From contig NW_021835087.1 of NCBI RefSeq assembly GCF_006345805.1, positions 1 to 44,055 of the forward strand: a DNA stretch of 44,055 nt, read 5' to 3'. Position numbers and translations under genes: made by a program. Below the pieces are notes generated by a model. The model had not been told where the DNA came from and searched no databases. It saw only the letters and a list, made by a program, of their open reading frames with translations. Position 1 is the first letter of the stretch, and each line of letters begins with the position of its first letter. Origin of the DNA: Octopus sinensis (taxonomy: Eukaryota). Below are positions 12,190 to 25,259 of the stretch, in pieces.

Positions 12190-13075
12190 CTATCGATGGC
12201 AGGTGGGGGGTTGGGGGCGGGGGTGGGATAAAATATAAAATATTTGGGTGATTTCTTTTTTTTTGTAGTTATTTTGTTGGTTTCACGTATTTTTCACAGA
12301 GTATATTTTTCCTGTACCTCTGTGTATATGCATGCGTATGTGTGTGCATGCATGTTGTATGTGTGTGTATGTGTGTGTGTTGTGTGTGTGTGTGTGTGTG
12401 TGTGTGGATTTGATACAAAAACACATTTAAATACTTTCTCCTTCTCATCTCCTGCATTGGAATATAAAAAAATATTCTTCAAGTGTTCGCTTCCTTCTTT
12501 TCCTTCCTTTATCTATTTACTTATTTATTTATTTATCAATATTTTTTTAATGTTACTGGTCTAGTTTACTTTGTTATTTTTCAAGTTGTCTTCTGTGATT
12601 CAGAAACATATACATGCATGCACATCCAGACATATGCATTCATATATAATGTATGTGTGTATGTGTGTATGCATTTATGTGTGTATATTTCTAATTCTCT
12701 AATCTTGAATTGTATTTCCTCATCTTTTCAGAAGATGTGAGCTGTGCTAAAATGACTTCTGGATAAGAACGTTGAAAAAAAAAAAAGAAAAAAAAGACGA
12801 AAAAAAGAAACGAAAAGAAAATAAAACAGAAATTGAAAAACATATTAAAAAAAAAAATTGTAAACTGTATGAAAAAGCAAAAATTGTGAAAAAGATGGTA
12901 ACTTTAAAGTTCATTTCCATAATAGAACCGGACAAGCAATCACAGGTGGCCGGATTATAAGAAGAAATAGAAATAAACTGAGAAAGAAAAATAGACAAAA
13001 ACATCATTAATAGATAGTGGGAGGCAGTCCGACCAAAATGAAATATCTATATATATGTAAAAGCATATATATATA

Positions 13076-13117
<42 letters not shown>

Positions 13118-13271
13118 TGTGTGTGTGTGTGTGTGTATGTTTTATGTATACATACATGTATATGTGTGTGTGTGTATGTTTTATGTATACATACATGTAT
13201 ATGTGTGTGTGTGTGTGTGTGAATGTATGTATGCATACATATATATATATATATGTATGCATACATAATAC

Positions 13272-13305
<34 letters not shown>

Positions 13306-13442
13306 ACCTTCCTACACGCCACACAAGTTATGCCTTAATATATTTGGTTATATATATATCAGTATTTATATATATTATATTTACATATATATATGTGCAT
13401 ATATATAATATATGTGTGTGTATGTGTGAATATATGTATATA

Positions 13443-13520
<78 letters not shown>

Positions 13521-13842
13521 CAGATATATATATATATATGTATAAAACATACACAATATATGTGTATGTGTAGATACACTCATACGCACATATACCCACA
13601 CATACATAAATAAACATACACACGAGTACATGTAAAGATGAAGAGAAGAGCTATGCAAAAAACAAAATGGAAAAAACATCCTGCATAAAGCCAAAAAACA
13701 TCAAAAACAGGACAGACAAACAGAACGTGGAGATAGAATATACAAGAGAATCAGCAGAAAGCTTAAAATAGACAAAGAATAAACGGAATTTTGCACTGAG
13801 TGAAGATGGCTTGTAAAGAGTTTGAGAAGATATGTTGTCCAT

Positions 13843-14130
13843 CACCAACACCACCACCACCACCACCAGCAAACCATCACCACCACCACTACCACCACCA
13901 ACAACAACAACAACAACACCACCACCACCAGCAAACCATCAACACCACCACCACACCACCAACAACAACAACAACAACACCACCACCACCACCACCAAAA
14001 CTACCACCACCAACAACAACAACAACACCACCAAAACCATCACCACCACCACCACCACCACCACCACCAACAACAATAACAACAACAACAACAACAACAC
14101 CACCACCACCACCAGCAAACCATCAACACC

Positions 14131-14162
<32 letters not shown>

Positions 14163-14240
14163 CAACACCACCACCACCAACAACAACAACACCACCAAAA
14201 CCATCACCACCACCAACAACAACAACACCAATACCACCAA

Positions 14241-14273
<33 letters not shown>

Positions 14274-14372
14274 CAACAACAACACCACCACCATCACCAC
14301 CATCACAACCACCACCACCAACCAACAACAACAACACCACCACCAGGAACACCACCATCACCACCACCACCA
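13843..14372. repeat. (ACC/AAC)n compound microsatellite, copy 2
   Basis: Direct inspection. Confidence 0.9.
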
Positions 14373-14412
14373 CTGTTCTTTCTCGAAGTCAGTTTATTCA
14401 TGACATGCTTAC

Positions 14413-14431
14413 TGGAAGACGGGGTCTGGTT
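14413..14431 (-). CDS. Candidate 19-nt microexon, duplicate copy
   Basis: Same splice context as 12171-12189. Confidence 0.2.
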
Positions 14432-14828
14432 CTATCGATGGCAGGTGGGGGGTTGGGGGCGGGGGTGGGATAAAATATAAAATATTTGGGTGATTTCTTT
14501 TTTTTTGTAGTTATTTTGTTGGTTTCACGTATTTTTCACAGAGTATATTTTTCCTGTACCTCTGTGTATATGCATGCGTATGTGTGTGCATGCATGTGTG
14601 TATGTGTGTGTATGTGTGTGTGTGTGTGTGTGATTGGAGCATCGGCAATTGTTTTCTTTTTTAGCTTTTCTTTATCATTCTTCTTACTATTGTCCTTGCT
14701 CCTGTTATTGTTGTTGTTGTTGAGGGTTTCTATGATAGATGCTACTACTCTACTTGGTTTGGCAGTTGCCATAGTTGGTATAGTTGCTGCTGTTGCTGCT
14801 GCTGCAACCACCATTGTTATTGTTTTCA

Positions 14829-14834
14829 TTGGTG

Positions 14835-14891
<57 letters not shown>

Positions 14892-14895
14892 GTTA

Positions 14896-14936
<41 letters not shown>

Positions 14937-15200
14937 GTTTTTGTTTTTGTTGTTGTTATTATCATTGTTATTATTATTATTGTTGTTGTTGTTATTGTTG
15001 TTATTGTTGTTGTTATTATTATTATCATTGTTGTTATTATTATTTTTATTATTGTTATTATTATTGTTGATGTTGTTATTGTTGTTATTATTATTATTGT
15101 TATTATTATAATTATTATTATTGTTGTTATTATTATTATTATCATTATTATTACTAATATTGTTGCTGTTGTTATTACTATTATCATTATTATTACTAAT
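14829..15200. repeat. (ATT/GTT)n microsatellite
   Basis: Direct inspection. Confidence 0.95.
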
Positions 15201-15410
15201 ATTGTTGGTGCTGTTTTTTCTGCGTTGCAATTTAAAGATGCTATTCTTATTTCATGCTAGATGTTGTTGTTGTTCTTGTCTCTGTAGTTGTTGTTTTACT
15301 GTTCCTACCATGTCTGAAGTGATAAATGATAATGCTACAGTAGTTGTTATTAATATTTTCGCTTATGTTATTATCGAAGTCGCTGCTTTTATTATTATCA
15401 TTGCTCTAAA

Positions 15411-15896
15411 GGCGACGAACTGGCAGAAATGTTAGCGCACCGGGCGAAATGCTTAGCAGTATTTCGTCTGCCGTTACATTCTGAGTTCAAATTCTGCTGA
15501 AGTCGACTTTACCTTTCATCCTTTCGGGGTCAATAAATTAAGCACCAGTTACGCACTGGGGTCGATGTAATTGACTTAATCCAGTTGTCTGTCCTTGTTT
15601 GTCCCCTCTGTGTTTAGACCCTTATGGGTAGTAAAGAAGTAGGTATTTTGTCTGCCGTTACATTCTGAGTTCAAATTTCACCGAGGTCGACTTTGCCTTT
15701 CATCCTTTCGGGGTTGATAAATTAAGCACCAGTTACGCACTGGGGTCGATGTAATTGACTTAATCTCTTTGTCTGTCCTTGTTTGTCCCCTCTACGTTTT
15801 GCCCCTTCTGGGCAATAGAAAAATAAGAATCGTTAGCACGCCAGATGAAATGCTTAGCGGTATTTTGTCTGCCGTTACATTCTGTGTTCAAATTCC
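15411..15896 (+). mobile_element. Head-to-tail trimer of SINE family B (full length, 5'-truncated, then head fragment)
   Basis: Units at about 15411-15641, 15643-15825 and 15826-15896. Confidence 0.85.
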
Positions 15897-16206
15897 AGCG
15901 ATGGTGGTGGTAGTGGTGGCAGGGATGGTAGTGGTAGTATAGCATGGTTGTTGTTGATCAGCCTTAACTCAAATATAATCCTGCAAACCTCTTCTGACTG
16001 AAGATATCACAGACATTAACCATCCCAGTTTAATGCATAACAAGAACAGCATTGCCAAACTGGCTTTCTTTTATTTTTTCTAAAGTGAACTTTGAGGTGG
16101 ATTTCACTACTATTTTTATCACATGCAATTACAATATCGAGTCCTAGATTTTTCTAAGCTTGCATGAGTATGATGGATATATCATTGAAACATTGTTTTA
16201 CAGCTA

Positions 16207-17370
16207 GATGTCTTTCCTGATGTCTTTCCTGATGTCCTTCCTGATATCCTTCCTGATATCCTTCCTGATGTCTTTCCTGATGTCTTTCCTGATGTCATTC
16301 CTGATGTCATTCCTGATGTCATTCCTGATGACATTCCTGATGGCTTTCCTGATGTCCTTCCTGATATCATTCCTGATGTTATTCCCGATGTCATTCCTGA
16401 TGTCCTTCATGATATCCTTCCTGATATCCTTCCTGATGTCTTTCCTGATGTCCTTCCTGATATCCTTCCTGATATCCTTCCTGATGTATTTCCTGATGTC
16501 ATTCCTGATGTCATTCTTGGTGTCATCCTTGATGTCATTCCTGATGTCATTCCTGATGTCATTCCTGATGTCCTTCGTAATGTCCTTCCTGATGTCATTC
16601 CTGATGTCCTTCATGATATCCTTCCTGATGTCCTTCCTGATGTCCTTCCTGATATCATTCCTGATGTCCTTTCCGATGTCATTCCTGATGTCATTCTTGG
16701 TGTCATCCTTGATGTCATTCCTGATGTCATTCCTGATGTCCTTCCTGATGTCCTTCCTGATATCATTCCTGATGTCCTTCCTGATGTCATTCCTGATGTC
16801 CTTCATGATATCCTTCCTGATGTCCTTCCTGATGTCCTTCCTGATATCATTCCTGATGTCCTTCCTGATGTCATTCCTGGTGTCTTTCCTGATGTCCTTC
16901 CTGATGTCATTCCTGATGTCATTCCTGATGTCCTTCCTGATGTCCTCCTTGATGTCCTTCCTGATGTCATTCCTGATGTCCTTCCTGATGTCCTTCCTGA
17001 TGTCATTCCTGATGTCCTTCATGATATCCTTCATGATGTCATTCCTGATGTCCTTCCTGATGTCCTCCTTGATGTCCTTCCTGATGTCATTCCTGATGTC
17101 CTTCATGATGTTCTTCCTGATGTCCTTCCTGATGTCCTTCCTGATATCATTCCTGATGTCCTTCATGATGTCATTCCTGGTGTCTTTCCTGATGTCCTTC
17201 CTGATGTCCTTCCTGATGTCATTCCTGATGTCCTTCCTGATGTCCTCCTTGATGTCCTTCCTGATGTCATTCCTGATGTCCTTCATGATGTTCTTCCTGG
17301 TGTCATTCCTGATGTCCTTCCTGTTGTCATTCCTGATATCATCCTTGATGTCCTTCATGATGTTCTTCCT
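16207..17370. repeat. 12-bp minisatellite (GATGTCCTTCCT)n, 97 units, with higher-order blocks
   Basis: 1164 bp = 97 x 12 with no indels seen; variant blocks recur at 120- and 180-bp offsets. Confidence 0.95.
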
Positions 17371-17430
17371 GAAGCCTTTACCTGTTTTAGAAGGCATGAA
17401 GTGAACGCTCAAAATATTTACAAGAAGAAT

Positions 17431-17605
17431 GGTGGCAAGTTGACAAAATTGTTACAATGTCAGACAAATTTGTTTAGCAGCACTTCATCCAGCTCTTTAC
17501 ATTCTGAATTCAAATTCTATCAAGGTTGACTTTGCCTTTCATCCTTGCAGGGTCAATAAAATAAGTACCAGTTGAGCACTGGGGTCTGTGTAATCAAGTT
17601 ATATC
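17431..17605 (+). mobile_element. SINE family B, degenerate
   Basis: TTGCCTTTCATCCTT...AATAAGTACCAGTTGAGCACTGGGGTC. Confidence 0.7.
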
Positions 17606-17619
17606 TTCTGGCTGATGCC

Positions 17620-17886
17620 TGATTGGCACCCGTGCTGATGGCACATAATAAACACTATTCAATCAGGGGTCAATGATAGTGCCCCCCACAACTGGCTCTC
17701 ATACTGGTGGCATGTAAAAAACACCCACTATACTCTTGGAGTGATTGGCATTAGGAAGGGCATCCAGCTGTAGAAATCTTGCCAAATCAGATTGGAGCCT
17801 GGCGCAGCCCACTGGCTTGCCAGTCCTCAGTTAAACCATCCAACCCATGCCAGCATAGAAAACAGACGTTAAACAATGATGATGAT
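17620..17886 (+). mobile_element. RTE LINE 3' UTR fragment with (GAT)n tail
   Basis: Homologous to 1380-1575. Confidence 0.8.
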
Positions 17887-18044
17887 ATTGCTGGTCTTGT
17901 GTCGAAATTTGAAACCAATTTATTTACAGGAAAAATGTCAACAGAAGAATGCATTAACATCATCGCATGTGAGTAAGTGAGCTACTGGTGTAAGCACACA
18001 GGTAGACACAGATATACATAGTTTTGTATGCTAGGTTTCTTGTT

Positions 18045-18200
18045 TAGTTTTCATTTACTAAATCCATCCCAAGGCTTTGGTCAACCCTGAGCTGTGGTAA
18101 AAACCACATGTCCACTCACTCAAGATGCAACAGCAATATGTAACTGAGTCCAGAGCCACATGGTTAGTAAACATCTTAAGCATACTGCCATTCCTGGGCC
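18045..18200 (-). mobile_element. SINE family A, highly degenerate
   Basis: CAAGGCTTTGGTCAACCC...CCACATGGTTAGTAAAC. Confidence 0.55.
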
Positions 18201-18272
18201 CAGCTTTTGCGCGCACGCGCATGTGTATGTGTGTGCGTGTACACATATGTACATATATATATGTGTGTGTAT

Positions 18273-18656
18273 ATCATCATCATCATCATTATCATCATCA
18301 TCACCATCATCATCATCATTGTCGTCATCATCAACATCTGCTTTCCAGATTGGAATGAATCGAACTGTTTGACATGGATCCGGCTAGCAAGGTGCTGCCC
18401 TGACTCCAGCTGTCTGTTGAGGCAGGATTTCTACGGCTTGATGCCCTTCCTTATGCCAACCACTTAAAGAACATGTTGGATGCTCTTTATATGCCACTGG
18501 TACAGGTGCATTAATGCAGCACCTGTATGGGTGCTTTTTAAGAGGCACTGACATCTGAAAGGACAAACCTGTTTGTGTGGAAGACAACAATTTTACTTAG
18601 CTTGCATGTGTCTTGTCAAATACAGCAGATTACCACATCTCCCGGTCCCTTGTCAT
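18273..18656 (-). mobile_element. RTE LINE 3' end, divergent subfamily
   Basis: Minus strand MTRDREMW*SAVFDKT, the GGCATAAGGAAGGGCATCAAGC block and a (GAT)n tail. Confidence 0.7.
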
Positions 18657-18677
18657 ATACATACATATATGTGTGTG

Positions 18678-18735
<58 letters not shown>

Positions 18736-18814
18736 ATAATATATATATATATACATATATGTGTGTGTGTATATATATATGCACACACAAACATATACAA
18801 GCAAATGCACAGAT

Positions 18815-18839
18815 TGAGAGAAATAGATAGATATATAAG

Positions 18840-18916
<77 letters not shown>
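18815..18916. repeat. (TAGA)n tetranucleotide repeat
   Basis: Direct inspection. Confidence 0.95.
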
Positions 18917-18917
<1 letters not shown>

Positions 18918-19376
18918 ATTAGAATTTGTTTTCCTAACTATTCTGTTCTCTATGAAGAGCAAAAAGCAAATAAATTATACTGGAATGAAAGCAAAATATT
19001 TGCACACACAGTTTCATTTACATACATACTTGGAGACACACACAAACACATGTATATATATATATATATATTATACAAACAGGGATAAAGAGAAAAAGTG
19101 AATGTGAGAGCAAAGAGGCAGATAAAAAAGTAAAAAATAGGTAAAGAATGACATGGAGGATAGCAAATTGGAAATGTTTTGGGTGGAGAAAATGGAGGTA
19201 AAAAAGTAATGCCCTTTTTGCAAAAGAATGAATTTGGAATGGTCCGGAAAAGACAGGGAAGGAATTGGTCAAGCTATTCGGATAATGGAAAAACAAATGA
19301 AGAACAAATATATTTTTAAAAAAATAAATGTGAACCGAAATAAATGTATTAAGAAGGTAAAAAGCTGGAGTGTGCA

Positions 19377-19426
<50 letters not shown>

Positions 19427-19569
19427 TGTGTTTGTGTGTGTGTCTGTGTGTGTATGTATAATCATGTTTTTTTGTAAATATGGTTGCCTGTTTTTGTGGT
19501 CTTAGTGTTGTGGTTAGGCTCTTGAATATTTTTCTATGCATATACATGCACATGTGTTCATGCATGTAT

Positions 19570-19607
<38 letters not shown>

Positions 19608-20291
19608 GCACGTATGTATATATGCGAGAAAGAGAAAGAAAGGAAGGAGGATAGATAGATAGATAGATAGTTAGATAGATATAGATATTGAAATGAATCA
19701 ACAGGAATATATCCAGATTAAGTTAACTTACTCCACATGTGTATGTATGTATCTTACACACATACACATATTTTTATTTATACCTATTTATGTATGTATA
19801 TATGCATGTATGTGTATGTGTGTATGTGAGTGTGTGAACATGTGTATTTGTATGCACATATGTATTTGTATACATATATGTATGTATACATATGCATGTA
19901 CATACATATGTACACATGCAGGTATATATCTACGAATATAGAAACTCACAGATACAAACATTTAATAAGAAATTCATTCACAGAGTAAGTATACTATTGT
20001 GAATGCAAACATGACCAGATGAAATGTCTAAATAGATTTGTACATGATACCTACAATGGTTATATAGGTATGTCTATATAAAGATACATGTAACACACAC
20101 AAAAATACATACAGATACAAACAGCCTCAGAGAATACATGTGTGTGTGTATGTGTGTGTGTGTGTGTGTGTGTGTCTGTGTGTGTCTTTGTCTACATGTT
20201 TCCATTTACATATATATATATATATATATATGTATAGATGTAGAAATGTTTACAAATATGCACATAAATATTACACACACACACATATATA

Positions 20292-20322
<31 letters not shown>

Positions 20323-20479
20323 GTGCTCATGTGCATAGATGTATGCACACATACATCTATGCACATGTAAATATACATATAAATACATTTATATGTACAT
20401 GTATATATATGTATATATCTATATCTATCTATTTATTTATTCATTTATCTATGTATATGTGTGTGTATGTTATATATAC

Positions 20480-20529
<50 letters not shown>

Positions 20530-20805
20530 TGCACACACACACACACAAACACACACATATACATATACAATCATAGAGAATGCACACGCACAAAGCACAC
20601 ACATACACATTTATGTATACAAACATCAGTAAACCTATATATGTCTAACTATGTTTAGCAAACAAAACCAAAGAAGTAAAAAAGGAAACAATAAAATAAA
20701 AAGAGAAAAAATATTAAAAGCAAAAAAAAGCCAAAAGCACAATACAAAAAAAAACCATCCCCAGCAATATAGTTTTGATAAAGAATTTCTGCTTAATCAA
20801 AGAAA

Positions 20806-20888
20806 TTATATTTGGTTTGTTAAAGCTGGATAATAAAGTCTTTTAAGATCTGAAGTGCCAAAGTAATACTGCCAAAAATCTGTAAGAA
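20806..20888 (-). CDS. Candidate terminal coding exon, phase 1: xLTDFWQYYFGTSDLKRLYYPALTNQI*
   Basis: Long pyrimidine tract ...TTCGATTTGCAG acceptor; non-repetitive protein-like frame; T-rich sequence follows; no family recognised. Confidence 0.25.
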
Positions 20889-21404
20889 CTGCAAATCGAA
20901 GGGAATGTCCAAGAAAGAAAAAAATGGAAAAAAAAAAATATGGTAAAAAAAAAACCCACCCAAAAATAATCAAAATATATTATCACTGGAATGGAATGTT
21001 ATGAAGTGGAATGGATTGGAGGTGGGTGTAGATGGGAGGCAGGTGGGATGGTGGCTTGTAGTAAGGAGGTAGACGAGGGGGGTGGGAGATGGAAATGTGA
21101 GTATGGAGGTAGATTAGAGAGTGGGATGAGAAGAGTGGGTTGAGATGTTCAAAGACTTGTGAGGGATTGATAAATACACACACACACACTCACACACACA
21201 CACTCACTCACACACACACTCACACACACACACTCACTCACACACACACTCACACACACACACACATACTCATACACGCACATGCACACACGGACACTCA
21301 CACATACACAGGGACAAAAATACATTCTCATGCACAGACACAACCACAAACACACACACACCCACATATACATACATATATATATTCACATATATATATC
21401 TATG

Positions 21405-21445
<41 letters not shown>

Positions 21446-21727
21446 GTATATATACACACAGACACACACACATACACACACACATACACACACACATATA
21501 TATATATATACGTACATGCATACATATGTAAATATGTATATACATAGACATACATATAGATATATACATATACACACTCATACACACACACATACACACA
21601 CATGTACACTTACACATATATGTGTGCTTGCACAGAAATATTTATATGGATGAATATGTTTATCATAATCTCTCATTATGTGTTTTTGTGTGTGTGTAAG
21701 TGTGTGTGCTTACATCCATACTTGCAG

Positions 21728-21761
<34 letters not shown>

Positions 21762-22238
21762 CTGTATGTATATATATATATATATATAGCTGCATGTATG
21801 TATATATATATAGCTGCATGTATATATATATATATATAAACATGAATACATATTGCTCTTTGCACACACACACACATATATATATATGGGTGTGTATGTG
21901 TGTATGTGTGTATATGTATTTATGTTAGGGTATGTAAATATACACATGGGAGTCTTAATATTTATTTGTTTTGGCTTGGCAACAGAATATGAGCTGACTT
22001 GTAACAAAGTGGCAAAACTGTTTTGTTGGATTTAGGACTTAACCAGGTGCCCACGTTCCTGCGTATGTGTGTGTATGCATGCAGGTGTGTATTTTCACGT
22101 GCGTGCGTTTGTGTGTGCATGTGTGCACGTGCGTGTGTGTGTAAGTGTCCTTGTGTGTGTTTGTGTCTGACAATACATGTGTATATGCTCATATCTATGT
22201 TTTTGTTTTGTTCCTGTGTTTGTGTGCATGCATGCATT

Positions 22239-22272
<34 letters not shown>

Positions 22273-22319
22273 TATACATATATATAATATGTATGTAAGC
22301 ATGTAAATATGTATATATG

Positions 22320-22404
<85 letters not shown>

Positions 22405-22441
22405 ATATATATATATATGTATGTATATATATATATATATT

Positions 22442-22503
<62 letters not shown>

Positions 22504-22910
22504 GAATATATACATATATATACATATATACATATACATATAAATATATACATATATATATATATATATACATATATATAGGTATATACATGTCTATATG
22601 TATATGTTTAAGTATATATGTTTGCAATCTGTTCTAAAGATTTGTGAAAGCATAAATGCAATTATGTATCTCCTTTCCTTATGATGGTATTATGCAATTT
22701 AAGGTAGATTTAGCTACAATTTCTAACTGGTAGAGTAACCACACATATATGTTATAAATAGAGGTTAAAATGACACGTAATATTTCTGAATATCACACTG
22801 AATGTCTCTTTTGATATATATATTTATATTTACATGTGCAGGTATATATATAAATATACATGCATGTATGTGCGTGTGCATGTGTGTGTGTCACGCATAT
22901 GTGTTTAGTT

Positions 22911-22998
<88 letters not shown>

Positions 22999-23252
22999 TA
23001 GAGAACCTATTCATTAGACTAGGAAATAACCAGTTCACCAGAAATCAATATTAATGTTGAGGATACAAGATGTATTCTATCTTTTCTTGAAAATACAAAT
23101 TGCTTTGGCCATTAAAAGTGCTCTTTAGAGAATTGGCATTTCTCTGAAGAGCGTTTTTAATAGCCAAAACAATATGCTACATACATGGGCTTGTTTATAC
23201 TTATATTATATAATGTATATATATATATATATATATAGATATATATATATAG

Positions 23253-23286
<34 letters not shown>

Positions 23287-23457
23287 GGTTGTATATACAT
23301 ATATGTACTTGTAAACACACACATGTGTCTGTATATATATATATGTGTGCATGTGTGTGTGTGTGGTATAAAATACAAAATTAGACAAGAACGCGAAACA
23401 TCCAGACAGTTAGGTCATACAAAAAAGGGACAACAAAACATCCAGATAGACTATATA

Positions 23458-23512
<55 letters not shown>

Positions 23513-24440
23513 TATACGCATTAAATACATATATGTATATATATATGCATTATATATATATTGTGTATGTGTGTGTGTGCATGCATTATATATACAAATG
23601 TATACAAATTATATATATATATATATATATATATAAATACAGATATATACACTTTGTATATATACATTATATATACATATTTATATATAGAACCTACACA
23701 CACATATATAAATTAAAAATTAACCCAATAAATATCTGATTCATAATATTTGTTCTCATGATTGTATGTTGGTTGTGGCGATGATAATTCTCTCTATGAA
23801 GGCAGACAGACGTAGAGAGAGAGAGTGAGTGACAGTGCTTGCGAAGGCGGCGGAGGAAAGATAGTAGACACTGTCAAGCGATGTTATAGAGAGAAATTAA
23901 AAGGAAGGGAGGAAACAGAGAGAGATGGAGGAAGACAGGCAGATAAGAGAATGGGAGCGACTTGTCAAAGTGTGCGTTTTTTGCCCTAGTAACAACACCT
24001 TTTAAGATAGAGATTTCTAAGCTAGCCCACTGACATCCTCGCCTCATTTTACATGTCCCTGTAAATTTTGGAGTCAATCCGATGGGATCTAGTGGCCTTT
24101 AACCCGTTCCAATGCCAAAACCAGACAAACAAACTTTTTGCATTTCAGATTTATAGATACTGAAGAGAACATATTAATAAAAGTTTATTAATACAGTGAC
24201 AAGGCCAGACCTGCAATTGTTTCAATTCATTGCTTGCTGTAGAAAATCAACCAAATTTAATTTAATTTAACTAATCAATTTGGTTAATTACTACAAGCAA
24301 GAATATCTTCAGGGAGGAATGTACAAAGAAATTTATTGTATTTAAAACATAATGAAAACTTTAAACAGGAAAAATATATACAATTATAAAAATATATACA
24401 GTTATAAAAATTGTTATAGTTATAAATAAATAGATATAAA

Positions 24441-25186
24441 CGTGCCCTGAGAGAAATGTTGGACATAAGAAGCATTGGACGCAGCGTGCAGGAGAGACGT
24501 TTGCGTTGGTATGGTCATGTACCATGGATGAGGAGAGATGTGTAAAGAAGTGCCACTCCCAAACTGTTGAAGAAATCCGGGGTAGAGGTAGACCCAGGAA
24601 GACATAGGACGAGGCGGTCAAGCATGACCTTCGTACCTTGAGCCTCACAGAGGCTATGATGAAGGACCGAGACCTCTGAGATATGCTGTGACTGTGATGA
24701 CCCAACGAATGAAGTGAGTTCATGGCTTGCAGGACAGCCTGCTGTGCTAACCTTGGATCGTAGAGTGACCCGCTGTTCTTGAGGAGACCTATTGAGTCAA
24801 GTACGTCAACACCAACATCGAAATAAAAATCAAATGGAAATTGTAGTTAAGATACCCGTGCTGGTGAAACGTAAAAAGCACTGTCCGAACGTGGCAGATG
24901 CCAGTGCCGCCTTACTGGCATCTGTGTCAGTGACACGTAAAAGCACCAACCGATCGTGGCCGTTTTCCAGCCTCCTCTGGCCCCTGTGCCGGTGGCACGT
25001 AAAAACCACCCAATACACTTACGGAGTGGTTGGCGTTAGGAAGGGCATCCATCTGTAGAAGCCCTGCCTTATCAGCCTGGTGCCTGGTGCAGCCTCCTGG
25101 CTTCCCAGACCTCGGTTGAACTGTCCAACCCATGCTAGCTTGGAAAACGGACGTTAACAGATGATGATGATGATGATGATGATGAT
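24441..25186 (+). mobile_element. RTE LINE, 5'-truncated: decayed ORF C-terminus, 3' UTR and (GAT)n tail
   Basis: QERRLRWYGHV...RGRGRPRKT*DEAVKHDLRTL...DRDL*RYAV, typical of the RTE C-terminus; frameshift and stops present. Confidence 0.9.
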
Positions 25187-25259
25187 AAATAATGTTAATA
25201 TAAATATATCCATATAAAAAATACTGCATTTATTTTTATAACTGTATTTTTATAACTGT

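Larger units (their letters stand above)
10142..14632. repeat. Tandem duplication of a roughly 2.2-kb unit (copy 1 about 10196-12406, copy 2 about 12407-14632) bounded by (TG)n
   Basis: GGATTTGATACAAAAACAC at about 10196 and 12407 (offset 2211); paired ORFs 10272/12483; all three boundaries fall in (TG)n tracts. Confidence 0.95.

Noticed and set aside
11538-12231. 207-216 aa His/Gln/Thr/Pro-rich ORFs, and their twins at 13800-14480
   Set aside because: They are translations of (ACC/AAC)n, several frames are open, and single-base indels between the duplicate copies change the frame.
14750-15435. Poly-Ile/Asn/Tyr/Leu ORFs, also at 30432-31055 and 40062-40550
   Set aside because: Trinucleotide microsatellites with no stop codon in some frames; no domain content.
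16207-17370. Minisatellite as a CRISPR-like array or tandem hammerhead cores (CTGATG)
   Set aside because: There are no unique spacers, and units read CTGATGT rather than CTGANGA with no GAAA partner.
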